Made by a program: the position numbers and the translations under genes. From Actinomycetota bacterium (lineage in GTDB: Bacteria > Actinomycetota > Actinomycetes > S36-B12 > UBA5976): DNA of 64,000 nt. The stretch's first letter is position 1. Every line of letters starts with the position of its first letter. The notes under the pieces were generated by a model. That model worked only from the letters and a program-made list of their open reading frames with translations, made no database searches and was not told the DNA's origin. The DNA lies in the NCBI GenBank assembly GCA_009885745.1, contig VFKC01000025.1:24415-88414 (forward strand), read 5' to 3'. This document shows, in pieces, positions 51,291 through 61,461 of the stretch.

Positions 51291-52610
51291 ATGTCTTCGT
51301 CGCTCTTCGATAGTGAGGAATCAAGTGCGCCCCTCGCCGCACGGATGCGACCATCAAGTGTTGAAGAGTTCGCAGGTCAAACACACCTGCTTCATCAGGG
51401 CAGTCCGTTACAACAGCTTCTGCAATCAGATTGGTCCACGCAACGCAACTCGTTAATACTCTGGGGCCCGCCCGGAACCGGCAAGACAACCTTGGCGCAA
51501 CTCATCGCAAGCTCTGGTGGGGCGAAATTTGTCGAGTTATCCGCGGTCACTGCTGGAGTGAAGGATGTTCGAGAAATAGTTGAAGCAGCGAGAGTAAACA
51601 AGGTTTCTTTTGCTATTCACACTGTTCTTTTCGTCGATGAAGTTCATAGGTTTAGCAAAACCCAACAAGACGCGCTGTTGCCTGGAGTGGAAAACGGTTG
51701 GGTCACACTGGTAGCCGCAACAACGGAGAATCCCTCATTTTCTATTATCAGCGCACTTCTTTCTCGTACCTTGCTCGTTACTTTGACAGCTCTCTCACCT
51801 GAGGCAATCGCGGAAATTCTTCATAATGCCCTAACCATGTCAAAGGGACTAGATAACGCCCTGACATTGCCTGATGAAGTCAGGGATGTGATTATTCGTT
51901 TGGCTGGTGGAGATGCCCGTAGGGCACTGACACTTCTCGAGGCGAGCGCAAATACTGCGGTAGCGAACAAAGAGTTAAGTATTTCTCTTTCGCATGTTGC
52001 CCTCGCCAGTGAAAACCACCTAGTTCGTTACGACAGATCTGGCGATCAACACTATGACGTTATTAGTGCATTCATAAAAAGTGTTCGTGGCTCTGATGTA
52101 GACGCATCTTTGCACTACCTTGCCCGAATGATTGAGGCGGGAGAGGATCCCAGATTCATCGCCAGACGTCTTGTTGTCCTAGCAAGCGAGGACATCGGAT
52201 TGGCGGATAATTCACTGTTACCTTTAGCGGTTTCCGCGGCCGACACTGTTGCTTTGATAGGTATGCCTGAGGCACGAATTGCGCTAGCCCAGGCAACTAT
52301 ATCGTTGGCGCTGGCACCAAAATCGAACACTGCCTACCTCGCTATCGCCTCAGCAATCGCGGACATTCAGGCAGGAGACATAGGCGAAGTTCCAGCGCAT
52401 TTAAGAGACGGCCACTATGCAGGATCCGGCGATTTGGGTCATGGTGTTGGCTACGTATACCCACATGATGTTTTGGGCGGCGTTGCCGAACAGAATTACT
52501 TGCCCGATCCATTGCGCAATCGCCGCTATTACGCACCAGGTCAACATGGCAAAGAAAATCAACTGGGGATAATTTTCAAAAAGATTCGAGAACTCCTCGG
52601 AAGGGATTAG
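51291..52610 (+). CDS. rarA: replication-associated recombination protein A (RarA/MgsA AAA+ ATPase)
   Basis: 'RMRPSSVEEFAGQ', Walker A 'GPPGTGKTTLA', 'LFVDEVHRFSKTQQDALLP', 'HYDVISAFIKSVRGSD', 'GVGYVYPHD'. Confidence 0.93.
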   Translation: MSSSLFDSEESSAPLAARMRPSSVEEFAGQTHLLHQGSPLQQLLQSDWSTQRNSLILWGPPGTGKTTLAQLIASSGGAKFVELSAVTAGVKDVREIVEAARVNKVSFAIHTVLFVDEVHRFSKTQQDALLPGVENGWVTLVAATTENPSFSIISALLSRTLLVTLTALSPEAIAEILHNALTMSKGLDNALTLPDEVRDVIIRLAGGDARRALTLLEASANTAVANKELSISLSHVALASENHLVRYDRSGDQHYDVISAFIKSVRGSDVDASLHYLARMIEAGEDPRFIARRLVVLASEDIGLADNSLLPLAVSAADTVALIGMPEARIALAQATISLALAPKSNTAYLAIASAIADIQAGDIGEVPAHLRDGHYAGSGDLGHGVGYVYPHDVLGGVAEQNYLPDPLRNRRYYAPGQHGKENQLGIIFKKIRELLGRD

Positions 52611-52709
52611 GTTAGCTATCTAACTTTTCCACTACTGTTTAGTTATAGATTGGTTGCTAAACCAACTTCTGTAGAAAAAGCATGAGCCAAAGGAAAGGCC
52701 CCTAAAAAA

Positions 52710-55373
52710 GTGGATTCCGCCGAAATTCGTTCCCGTTTTCTTGAGTATTTTGCCAAGAATGGACACACAGTTGTCCCCAGCGCCAGTTTGCTTTTGGATG
52801 ATCCGACCCTGCTTTTTGTAAACGCCGGGATGGTCCCGTTTAAGCCCTATTTTGTTGGTGAAGCGGTGCCCGAATACACCCGAGCCACCAGTGTCCAAAA
52901 AGTGGTTCGCACCTTAGACATTGAAGAAGTTGGTAAGACCACCAGACATGCATCATTTTTTCAAATGTGTGGCAATTTTTCCTTTGGCGATTACTTTAAA
53001 CGAGAAGCCATTCCATTCGCTTGGGAATTGCTTACATCCTCAACTGCTGACGGTGGCTACGGTTTTCCTGAAGACAAACTTTGGGTAACTGTCTACCTAG
53101 ATGATGACGAAAGCGTCGACATTTGGCACAACGAAGTCGGCGTTCCGATGGAGCGAATCCAACGTCGAGACATGGCTGATAATTTTTGGTCAATGGGCGT
53201 ACCAGGACCTTGTGGTCCTTGTTCTGAGATTTACTACGACCGTGGCCCCGAACATGGTCGCGAAGGCGGCCCTATTGCTGATGAAGATCGTTACCTTGAA
53301 GTTTGGAACCTTGTTTTTATGCAATTCGCGCGTGGCGATGGACCTGGCAAGGAAGGCTACCCAATTCTTGGGGAATTGCCTGCTAAAAACATTGACACCG
53401 GAATGGGCCTAGAACGTATGGCGGCATTACTTCAAGGCGTCGACAACATTTATGAAATAGATACAACAAGAATTATTCTCGATCGCGCCAGTGAGTTAAC
53501 AGGTCAAAAATACGGTGTCAATCCCAAACATGATGTAGCACTGAGAGTTATCGCTGACCACGCTCGAACTTGTGCATTTCTAATTTCTGACGGTGTCCTT
53601 CCGGGCAACGAGGGACGAGGATATGTTCTTCGGCGAATAATGCGAAGAGCAATTCGAAACATGAAACTGCTTGGCGCTCATGAACCGACTGTGCGTGAAC
53701 TTATGCAAGCAAGTATCGATTCGATGTCTGCTCAATACCCTGAACTAATAACAGATTCTGGTCGCATTCTTTCAATCGCAGGCGCTGAGGAAGAGTCATT
53801 CCTTTCTACCTTGGAACGTGGAACGACCATGTTCGATTTAGCGGTTAAGGATATTAAGCAATCCACTGACCAGAGACTTGGTGGCAAGGCCGCTTTTGCT
53901 CTGCACGACACATACGGATTCCCAATTGAATTAACCCTAGAGATGGCTTCTGAGCAGGGTGTCAGTGTTGATGAGGCAGGCTTTAGAAGTCTGATGCTAG
54001 AACAACGCAATCGGGCCAAAGCTGACGCGCAAGCACGAAAGAGTGGCTTTTCTGCGGTCACTTTGTACCGAGACATCATGGCCAAATCTGGGGCAACAGA
54101 ATTTCTAGGTTACACCCAAACCCACGCTGATGGGATTGTGACGGGTCTCGTTGTCGATGGTCAAGATGTTCAAGGTGCCACTGCTGGTGATGAGGTAGAA
54201 GTGCTGATAGATCGCACACCCTTTTATGCAGAAGGTGGTGGTCAACTTGGTGACCACGGCACCATCTCGCTCGATGATGGAACAGTTATTCAAATTAACG
54301 ATGTGCAGGCACCCGTAGCTGGTCTATTTGTACACCGAGGAAAAATAATTTCGGGTGCGATTAGTGTTGGCGCACATGCAGCGGCTCAGGTTGATGTCGT
54401 GCGGCGCACAGCAATCTCAAGGGCACACACCGCTACACACATGGTTCATAAAGCTTTTCGTGAGGCCTTGGGTGAAACTGCTACTCAGATGGGTTCCGAA
54501 AATTCGCCTGGGCGTTTCAGATTTGATTTTCCAAGCGCTGGCGCGGTACCCACTTCAGTTCTAAACGAGGTAGAGGCTCGTGTGAACGAATTGCTACTCT
54601 CAAATTTGCCAGTTACCGCGCAGGTGATGACTCAAGAGCAAGCAAGAGCTACCGGAGCGATGGCACTGTTCGGCGAAAAGTATGGTGACAAGGTTCGTGT
54701 CGTCAGCGTAGGGGACTGGGCTAAGGAACTCTGCGGTGGAACACATACGCAAAGTTCAGGACAGTTGGGTGTAATTAAGTTTCTATCCGAGAGCTCAATC
54801 GGTGCTGGGGTGAGGCGCATTGAGGCGCTTGTGGGTACTGACGCATACAAATTCTTAGCTCGGGAGCACCTCATTGTGGACCAGCTTGCGCAACTAACTA
54901 AGGTCCGCGCTGATGAATTACCAGATCGTATTGCGAGCATGATATCGCGACTCAAGGAAGTCGAGCGTGAAATTGCTAAAGCTAAAACATCGGCTTTGCT
55001 TTCCAACATCTCGGGACTTATTGGTGAACCTGATTTGATTAACGGGATAAACCTCTATCGGTTCACAGCTCCCTCAGGCACAACTGCTAATGAACTGCGT
55101 GATTTGGTGACATCAGCAAAGACAAAAATCACAAAATCTGGATTCGTTGTCATCGCGGTAACTCTTGATCAGGACAAAGTTGCTGTTGTGGTAACGACTG
55201 ACAGCGCTGCCCGCGATTCTGGAGCCAGCGCCCAAAATGTTCTGAAAAGTATGTTGCCAAAACTCGAAGGACGCGGCGGCGGTAACGCCGAGATGGCACA
55301 GGGTGGCGGTCCGAACCTTGAGGCTGTAGGAGAGGCTCTTTCCGCAGCGCTGGAATCGGTGAAGAACCATTAA
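52710..55373 (+). CDS. alaS: alanine--tRNA ligase
   Basis: 'IRSRFLEYFAKNGH', 'FTNAG-like VNAGMVPFK', 'WNLVFMQF', editing-domain 'HTATHMVH', 'CGGTH', and a C-terminal DHHA1-like domain. GTG start. Confidence 0.95.
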   Translation: MDSAEIRSRFLEYFAKNGHTVVPSASLLLDDPTLLFVNAGMVPFKPYFVGEAVPEYTRATSVQKVVRTLDIEEVGKTTRHASFFQMCGNFSFGDYFKREAIPFAWELLTSSTADGGYGFPEDKLWVTVYLDDDESVDIWHNEVGVPMERIQRRDMADNFWSMGVPGPCGPCSEIYYDRGPEHGREGGPIADEDRYLEVWNLVFMQFARGDGPGKEGYPILGELPAKNIDTGMGLERMAALLQGVDNIYEIDTTRIILDRASELTGQKYGVNPKHDVALRVIADHARTCAFLISDGVLPGNEGRGYVLRRIMRRAIRNMKLLGAHEPTVRELMQASIDSMSAQYPELITDSGRILSIAGAEEESFLSTLERGTTMFDLAVKDIKQSTDQRLGGKAAFALHDTYGFPIELTLEMASEQGVSVDEAGFRSLMLEQRNRAKADAQARKSGFSAVTLYRDIMAKSGATEFLGYTQTHADGIVTGLVVDGQDVQGATAGDEVEVLIDRTPFYAEGGGQLGDHGTISLDDGTVIQINDVQAPVAGLFVHRGKIISGAISVGAHAAAQVDVVRRTAISRAHTATHMVHKAFREALGETATQMGSENSPGRFRFDFPSAGAVPTSVLNEVEARVNELLLSNLPVTAQVMTQEQARATGAMALFGEKYGDKVRVVSVGDWAKELCGGTHTQSSGQLGVIKFLSESSIGAGVRRIEALVGTDAYKFLAREHLIVDQLAQLTKVRADELPDRIASMISRLKEVEREIAKAKTSALLSNISGLIGEPDLINGINLYRFTAPSGTTANELRDLVTSAKTKITKSGFVVIAVTLDQDKVAVVVTTDSAARDSGASAQNVLKSMLPKLEGRGGGNAEMAQGGGPNLEAVGEALSAALESVKNH

Positions 55374-55404
55374 CTTACCAAGAGGAATTCGATTTGCACT
55401 TGAT

Positions 55405-55845
55405 GTGGGAACTGCGCGTATTGGTGTAGCCAGATGCGACCCAGAAGCAACGATGGCGTTTCCGGTCGCCACCGTTAAAGCGGGTATGAACGCCATTGCT
55501 GAAGTAACCAATTTAGTTCGTGAATACGAGCCAGTTGCTATTTACCTTGGTTTGCCAATGGGACTAAAAGGAAACTCGACGGCTTCGACGCAAATGGCGA
55601 TTGACTTTGGCAAAGAATTGCATGATTTTATTGCCAAGCAAGAGATGATTGTGCACCTTGCCATGGTTGACGAAAGGCTTTCAACTGTTAGCGCTACTAG
55701 TGCAATGCAAACAGCTGGTCGTAATTCGAAGAACAGTAGAGACTTCATTGATCAAGCAGCAGCCGTGGTTATTCTCGAACAAGCGCTAGCCATCGAAAAG
55801 AGTTCCGATAAATATGCGGGTCAAGCGATTGAGAGTTACTTATGA
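55405..55845 (+). CDS. ruvX: Holliday junction resolvase-like nuclease RuvX (YqgF); true start probably upstream of the listed GTG
   Basis: 'GTARIGVARCD', 'LGLPMGLKGN', 'VDERLST'. The family's conserved 'LDVG' Asp is encoded at 55399-55404, upstream of the first canonical start codon (see findings). Confidence 0.85.
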   Translation: MGTARIGVARCDPEATMAFPVATVKAGMNAIAEVTNLVREYEPVAIYLGLPMGLKGNSTASTQMAIDFGKELHDFIAKQEMIVHLAMVDERLSTVSATSAMQTAGRNSKNSRDFIDQAAAVVILEQALAIEKSSDKYAGQAIESYL

Positions 55846-56897
55846 ACAACTCCACGACCCGAACAGTCCCCGCACTAATTGCAAGAATGGCAATTGTGTT
55901 GGTGCTAATTGGAGGCGGTTTCTTCGTAAAAAGTTCATTCTTCACTTCACCATCTGATTTTGCCGGTCCTGGCGGAAAGTCAGTTACATTTTCCATCGAG
56001 GCCGGCGACTCGTTGGCCACGATTGCCAACAAACTAAAAGTTGCTGGTGTGGTCGCATCTGTTGACCGTTTTCTCAATGTCGCACAATTGAATCCCAAGA
56101 GCGCCAACATACAGCCTGGCACTTACGGCTTGCGACTTGAGATGTCCGCGCAGAAGGTTCTAGAAGGCCTGATTGCTGGGGAGAATCGAACCTCAAATGG
56201 AATTGTGATACCCGAGGGCAAACAAGCGAGCTGGATAATCGAGGAAATCTCTAAACAAACCAATACTCCAATCGCGCAGCTAAAGTATGAAATTGCCAAT
56301 CCAGATAAATTGGGGCTGCCTCGATGGGCGAACGGCAATGTCGAGGGATTTTTATACCCAGCAACATATAATTTTGTAGCAGGAACTTCAGCACGAGAAA
56401 TGCTGAGCCAAATGATCGCCGAATTTTTAACGCAAAGCCAGGCAATGGGTCTCGAGACAGAAGCTGCCAAACTGGGTAAGTCTCCTCTAGAAATCTTGAC
56501 GATTGCCAGTTTGTTACAAGCTGAATCCCATCCAAGTGATTTCAGAAAAGTAGCCCGCGTCATTTACAACCGACTTGACATAGATATGCGTCTGCAGTTC
56601 GACTCAACTGTAAATTATGGACTTGGTTTGAAGACTGTGATTTTAAATGAACAACAACTAGCAAAAGACACAAAATACAACACTTACATTTATGCGGGTC
56701 TACCCCCAACGCCTATTAACAATCCAGGACTTGTTGCTATTCAGGCGGGACTAAGCCCAGAGTCTGGTTCCTGGATTTATTTTGTGACTGTAGATTTACG
56801 GACACAGTTGACTAGATTCACAGATTCATATACCCAGTTCCTGGAATATAAAAGAGAATTTCTAAATTACTGTTCAACTAACAGGGGAGAGTGTTAA
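55842..56897 (+). CDS. mltG: endolytic murein transglycosylase MltG (YceG-like)
   Basis: N-terminal TM, 'FSIEAGDSLATIANKL' (LysM-like), 'PEG', 'ILTIASLLQAE', 'YNTYIYAGLPPTPINNPG'. The ATG overlaps the ruvX stop. Confidence 0.9.
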   Translation: MNNSTTRTVPALIARMAIVLVLIGGGFFVKSSFFTSPSDFAGPGGKSVTFSIEAGDSLATIANKLKVAGVVASVDRFLNVAQLNPKSANIQPGTYGLRLEMSAQKVLEGLIAGENRTSNGIVIPEGKQASWIIEEISKQTNTPIAQLKYEIANPDKLGLPRWANGNVEGFLYPATYNFVAGTSAREMLSQMIAEFLTQSQAMGLETEAAKLGKSPLEILTIASLLQAESHPSDFRKVARVIYNRLDIDMRLQFDSTVNYGLGLKTVILNEQQLAKDTKYNTYIYAGLPPTPINNPGLVAIQAGLSPESGSWIYFVTVDLRTQLTRFTDSYTQFLEYKREFLNYCSTNRGEC

Positions 56898-56899
56898 TT

Positions 56900-57700
56900 A
56901 TGAAGGCAGCAGTTCTTGGTCATCCTGTTCAGCATTCCTTGTCGCCCATTCTTCACAACGCCGCCTATCTCAATCTTGGGCTTGATCATTCATACGAAGC
57001 AATAGATTTGCAACCCGATAATTTAAAATCCTTCCTCCAAGGCTTGGACGATTCCTGGATGGGACTGTCCCTGACTATGCCGCTGAAAGAAGTTGCCTTT
57101 GAGTTTGTCGAATCCATTTCTTCCACAGCACTTTTAACTAGATCAATTAATACTCTGGTCTTGGCTAATGGGATTCAAGCAGATAACACGGATGTGTACG
57201 GTATCCAGTCTGCTGTCTTGGAATCAGGTGGCTCTCAAATTGATTCAGTCGCAATAATTGGCTCAGGAGCCACAGCCCGCTCAAGCATCGTGGCAGCGTT
57301 TAATCTAGGGGCCAATTCGGTCAAAGTCATCTCACGTAATCAAGTTTCATCGAAAGAGTGCGCGAAAATTGCCGAAGAGTTGGGGATAACTTTCGAGTCA
57401 GAATCGCTCGAGAGTACAGACTGGCATTTGAGCGACTTAGTCATTAATACAACACCAGCAGGAGCAGCTGATGGCTTATGTGATGCGATTGAACAAGCCC
57501 ATGGCTTACTCCTTGATGTCGTTTACGCGCCGTGGCCCACACGTCTTGCCCATACCTGGCAAGAATTAGGGGCAAGAGCATGTTCGGGACACTTAATGCT
57601 TTTGCATCAAGCCGGTCAGCAAGTGCACTTGATGACCGGAGAGCAAGCTCCACTCGAGGCTATGCGGGCGGCATTAGAGAATGCGTTGAACATTCAATAG
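56900..57700 (+). CDS. aroE: shikimate dehydrogenase
   Basis: 'AAVLGHPVQHSLSPILHN', 'LSLTMPLK', 'NTD', 'IIGSGATARS'. A GTG at 56891 is an alternative start. Confidence 0.88.
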   Translation: MKAAVLGHPVQHSLSPILHNAAYLNLGLDHSYEAIDLQPDNLKSFLQGLDDSWMGLSLTMPLKEVAFEFVESISSTALLTRSINTLVLANGIQADNTDVYGIQSAVLESGGSQIDSVAIIGSGATARSSIVAAFNLGANSVKVISRNQVSSKECAKIAEELGITFESESLESTDWHLSDLVINTTPAGAADGLCDAIEQAHGLLLDVVYAPWPTRLAHTWQELGARACSGHLMLLHQAGQQVHLMTGEQAPLEAMRAALENALNIQ

Positions 57701-57718
57701 AAATCCCATCGCCGGGTT

Positions 57719-58201
57719 TTGGTCGACATGTTTGACTACGCCTATCGCATGTCCTCGCTAGTTTTGTTTTTACCATTCGGTGGTTTACTGAGTTTGATTG
57801 ATTGGCGAACACACAGGTTGCCAAACAGGCATTTGTTTGCCTGTTTCTCTTGTTTGCTCGGGCTCCAGACTCTGCTGTCTTGCGGGCGAGGAGACTTCAG
57901 TAAGTCTCACGAAGCAATAAAGGTTGCCTTTCTTTGTCTTGGGGTATTCGTAATCTTGTACATGGTTAGTCGGGGTCAATTGGGAATGGGAGACGTTAAA
58001 TATTCATTTGTCCTTGGCTTGGTCGTTGGCTGGACTAATCCAGATGGTTGGTTACTTTTTATTTGGCTGAGTTTTATCTTTGCCACGCTTTGGAGCGTTT
58101 GGAAATTTTTTAGGAGGGAAATTCAATTCGGGAGCCACTTGGCTTTTGCTCCGTTTTTGACCGTTGGAGTTATCGCTTCTTGTCTACCGATTGTCTTTTA
58201 A
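57719..58201 (+). CDS. A24-family prepilin peptidase-like membrane protein (no methyltransferase domain)
   Basis: Polytopic membrane protein with the two Asp motifs 'LIDWRTHRLPN' and 'GMGDVKY'. An ATG at 57728 is an alternative start. Confidence 0.7.
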   Translation: MVDMFDYAYRMSSLVLFLPFGGLLSLIDWRTHRLPNRHLFACFSCLLGLQTLLSCGRGDFSKSHEAIKVAFLCLGVFVILYMVSRGQLGMGDVKYSFVLGLVVGWTNPDGWLLFIWLSFIFATLWSVWKFFRREIQFGSHLAFAPFLTVGVIASCLPIVF

Positions 58202-58261
58202 CTTGAACGTGGCGGTGTGCCCAATGTGCAATTAAGTAGTCAGACATGGGAGAATAGAAAC

Positions 58262-59437
58262 ATGTTGCGATGGTTAACCGCTGGAGAGTCACACGGACCG
58301 TCGTTGACGGCAATTGTTGAAGGTTTGCCCGCAGGTGTGGAAGTCACCACTGTTGATGTGCAAGATGCCTTGGCAAGACGACGGCTGGGTTTTGGTCGCG
58401 GCGCCCGAATGAAATTTGAAAAGGACGCCGTCTCTCTCACTGGCGGTGTTCGTCACGGTTTAACCCAGGGTGGGCCGGTTAGCATAGTTGTTGGCAACTC
58501 TGAATGGCCCAAATGGGAATCTGTTATGTCCGCGGATCCAGTTGATGCTTCTGACTTGGAGAATCTTGCTCGAAATGCTCCGCTAACGCGTCCTCGACCA
58601 GGCCACGCTGATTTAGCAGGAATGCAAAAATATTCATTAGATGATGCTCGTCCCATCCTGGAAAGAGCCAGTGCTCGTGAGACTGCTGCTCGGGTAGCAC
58701 TTGGTGAGGTTGCCAAGCGTTTTCTGCGCCAAGCAGCAGGGATTGAGATTCTGAGTCATGTCGTGCGAATCGGTTCTATCGGAACTGACAGCACTGAGTT
58801 ACCGAGTTTTGCTGATTTAGCGCAGATAGATGACGACCCTGTTCGTTGTTTCTCACAGACGGTAAGCGCCCAAATGCAGGAAGAAATTAAGAGCGCACAG
58901 AGCGATGGTGACACATTAGGCGGAGTCGTTGAAGTTTTGGCTTACGGCGTACCAGTTGGACTTGGTTCTCACGTCCATTGGGATCGTCGCCTAGATTCTA
59001 GACTTGCCGGCGCGCTAATGGGCATTCAAGCCATCAAGGGCGTTGAAGTAGGCGACGGTTTTGATGTTGCATCCCGCAGAGGTTCGAAAGCGCATGATGA
59101 GATTTTCAATGACGATGGAAAATTGCGCCGACACACTGCTCGTAGCGGTGGCACTGAAGGTGGCATCACAACGGGGGAGATACTTCGGGTCAGAGCCGCA
59201 ATGAAACCGATTTCAACAGTTCCAAAAGCTCTGGCAACAGTCGATGTTTCCACTGGCGAGGCTGCTGTAGCTATCAACCAACGCTCAGACGCCTGTGCTG
59301 TGCCAGCTGCTGGTGTGGTTGCTGAGGCCATGGTCGCACTTGTTCTCGCGGATGCACTGCTTGAGAAATTTGGTGGCGATCATGTTGAAGAGACTGCTCG
59401 TAATGTTTCAAGTTTTCTTGCAAACCTGAAAATCTGA
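58262..59437 (+). CDS. aroC: chorismate synthase
   Basis: '[13 protein letters not shown]', 'RPRPGHADL', '[12 protein letters not shown]', '[11 protein letters not shown]'. The start is set at M16 of the listed ORF. Confidence 0.95.
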   Translation: MLRWLTAGESHGPSLTAIVEGLPAGVEVTTVDVQDALARRRLGFGRGARMKFEKDAVSLTGGVRHGLTQGGPVSIVVGNSEWPKWESVMSADPVDASDLENLARNAPLTRPRPGHADLAGMQKYSLDDARPILERASARETAARVALGEVAKRFLRQAAGIEILSHVVRIGSIGTDSTELPSFADLAQIDDDPVRCFSQTVSAQMQEEIKSAQSDGDTLGGVVEVLAYGVPVGLGSHVHWDRRLDSRLAGALMGIQAIKGVEVGDGFDVASRRGSKAHDEIFNDDGKLRRHTARSGGTEGGITTGEILRVRAAMKPISTVPKALATVDVSTGEAAVAINQRSDACAVPAAGVVAEAMVALVLADALLEKFGGDHVEETARNVSSFLANLKI

Positions 59438-59441
59438 TTTT

Positions 59442-59939
59442 ATGGGCGTGGTCGTGTTGGTTGGTGTTCCAGGTGCTGGTAAGACCACGGTAGGTGAACT
59501 CCTAGCAAAGGCGCTGGATGTCTCATTCAACGATAGCGATCATCTGGTTGAACAGATTACAGGTAAGAGCGTTTCTGATATTTTCATTCAAGATGGCGAG
59601 TCAGCTTTTCGCAAAATCGAAGAAGAGCAAATTGCGCAGGCACTAACCGCAGGAGAAGGTGTGCTCGCACTAGGTGGAGGAGCCCTCGGAAGTACTAAAA
59701 CTCTGGCAAACATCAAGGGCCAAAACGTCGTTTGGCTAATCGCTGGACTTTCGACCGCGGTCGAGCGTGTTGGGATGAATCGCAATAGGCCGCTTTTACT
59801 CGGTAATGTCCGAGGTCAGCTTTCAAGTCTGTTGAACGCGCGTGAACCTCTCTATCGATCGGCCGCAAACATTAGCGTTGATACAACAGACATGTCACCC
59901 GAAGATGTCTGCCAAGCGATTTTGTCGCAGTTACCCTAA
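59442..59939 (+). CDS. aroK: shikimate kinase
   Basis: P-loop 'LVGVPGAGKTTVG', 'DSD', 'FRKIEE', 'LGGGA'. Confidence 0.92.
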   Translation: MGVVVLVGVPGAGKTTVGELLAKALDVSFNDSDHLVEQITGKSVSDIFIQDGESAFRKIEEEQIAQALTAGEGVLALGGGALGSTKTLANIKGQNVVWLIAGLSTAVERVGMNRNRPLLLGNVRGQLSSLLNAREPLYRSAANISVDTTDMSPEDVCQAILSQLP

Positions 59940-59945
59940 GGAATA

Positions 59946-61031
59946 GTGAACATGGCTGTTATTTCTGTTAGTGCCGAACACCAGTACCCAGTGATTGTTG
60001 GTCGCGAATTATTAGGCGAAATATCCAATTTCCTTGCGGATGCAGACCGAGTCGCAGTTATACACCCAGCTACATTGCAGACAACTGCAGATACTATTCG
60101 CAATTCACTAACTGGAGTAACTTCAATCTCAATAGAGGTTCCAGATGCTGAAGCAGCCAAGAATTCCTCCGTTTTAGAGTTCTGTTGGATGGCATTAGGC
60201 CAAGCAGGATTTACTCGAAACGACTTAATTATTTCAGTGGGTGGGGGAGCCACTACTGACCTTGCCGGATTCGTAGCCGCCACTTGGTTACGTGGAATTA
60301 GAGTCCTACACATTCCCACAACATTGCTGGCAATGGTGGACGCCGCGGTTGGTGGTAAAACTGGAATCAACACAGCCGAAGGTAAAAATCTAGTTGGTGC
60401 GTTTTATTCTCCAATCGCTGTTCTCTGCGACCTAAACTCCCTGGCAACTCAAAATCGTAATGATTATGTTGGTGGACTTGCTGAAATCATCAAGGCTGGA
60501 TTTATCCGTGACGAACGAATCTTGCAACTGATAGAGGCAAATCCCGAGGCTGCCACAAGCCCCGACTGGGAGCACACTCAAGAGATTATTGAGCGGGCAA
60601 TCAAAGTTAAGGCTGATGTTGTGGGCGTGGACTTGTTAGAGTCTCTTGGCACATCAGCTGGCCGAGAAATCCTCAACTACGGTCATACTTTTGCTCATGC
60701 CATTGAGCGAGTTGAGCGGTATTCCTGGCGTCATGGATCGGCTGTGGCGGTGGGCATGATGTATGTGGCACATTTGGCTTTTTCAAGCGGGAAGATGTCG
60801 CAGAGTCTGCTCGAACGTCATGAAAACATCCTTAAATCAGTTGGGTTACCGACAACTTATCGTGATGGGAAATGGCCCGAGTTGCTCGCTGCGATAAAGG
60901 TTGACAAAAAATCTCGCGGTGATGTACTCCGTTTTGTTATTTTGGAAGAAATTGGTCGTCCAGCAATTCTTGAAGGTCCTGATCCAGCGTTGCTAGTTGC
61001 TGCTTACCACTCGATAGTGCAAGGTGGTTAA
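59946..61031 (+). CDS. aroB: 3-dehydroquinate synthase
   Basis: 'GGGATTDLAGFVAATWLRGI', 'DAAVGGKTGIN', 'AEIIKAG', 'LNYGHTFAHAIE', 'HGSAVAVGM'. Confidence 0.95.
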   Translation: MNMAVISVSAEHQYPVIVGRELLGEISNFLADADRVAVIHPATLQTTADTIRNSLTGVTSISIEVPDAEAAKNSSVLEFCWMALGQAGFTRNDLIISVGGGATTDLAGFVAATWLRGIRVLHIPTTLLAMVDAAVGGKTGINTAEGKNLVGAFYSPIAVLCDLNSLATQNRNDYVGGLAEIIKAGFIRDERILQLIEANPEAATSPDWEHTQEIIERAIKVKADVVGVDLLESLGTSAGREILNYGHTFAHAIERVERYSWRHGSAVAVGMMYVAHLAFSSGKMSQSLLERHENILKSVGLPTTYRDGKWPELLAAIKVDKKSRGDVLRFVILEEIGRPAILEGPDPALLVAAYHSIVQGG

Positions 61032-61032
61032 C

Positions 61033-61461
61033 ATGGCAAAGGTATTTATCTTAAACGGACCGAATCTTAACAAACTCGGAGTTCGCGAACCGGATATCTA
61101 TGGATCATTGACATTGGCTGAGATTGAACAGGCATGCGTCGATTATGGCGTAGTCCACAATCAAGAGATTGATTTTCGGCAGACCAATTCTGAATCGGAA
61201 TTGGTGGAATGGTTGCAAGAGGCTGCAGATACTGACTTGCCAGTCATTCTCAATCCAGCTGCATTCACACACTATTCCGTTGCAGTTCGCGATGCAGCGG
61301 CGCTTGTTAAGTCAACTCTGATTGAGGTACACATTAGTAATCCACTCAAGCGTGAAGAGTTTCGTCACACTTCGCTGATCTCCGGGATTGCTAAAGGCTC
61401 AATAACTGGATTTGGTGTGACCTCATACCTTCTAGCACTTCAGGCACTTGCGTCTTTATGA
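61033..61461 (+). CDS. aroQ: type II 3-dehydroquinate dehydratase
   Basis: 'ILNGPNLNKLGVREPDIYG', 'QTNSE', 'NPAAFTHYS', 'EVHISN'. Confidence 0.95.
   Translation: MAKVFILNGPNLNKLGVREPDIYGSLTLAEIEQACVDYGVVHNQEIDFRQTNSESELVEWLQEAADTDLPVILNPAAFTHYSVAVRDAAALVKSTLIEVHISNPLKREEFRHTSLISGIAKGSITGFGVTSYLLALQALASL

Noticed and set aside
52682-52705. 8-codon mini-ORF (MSQRKGP) and two tiny hairpins in the 99-nt alaS leader
   Set aside because: It is too short, has no Ala codons and no T-box features. This is most likely just the RBS region.
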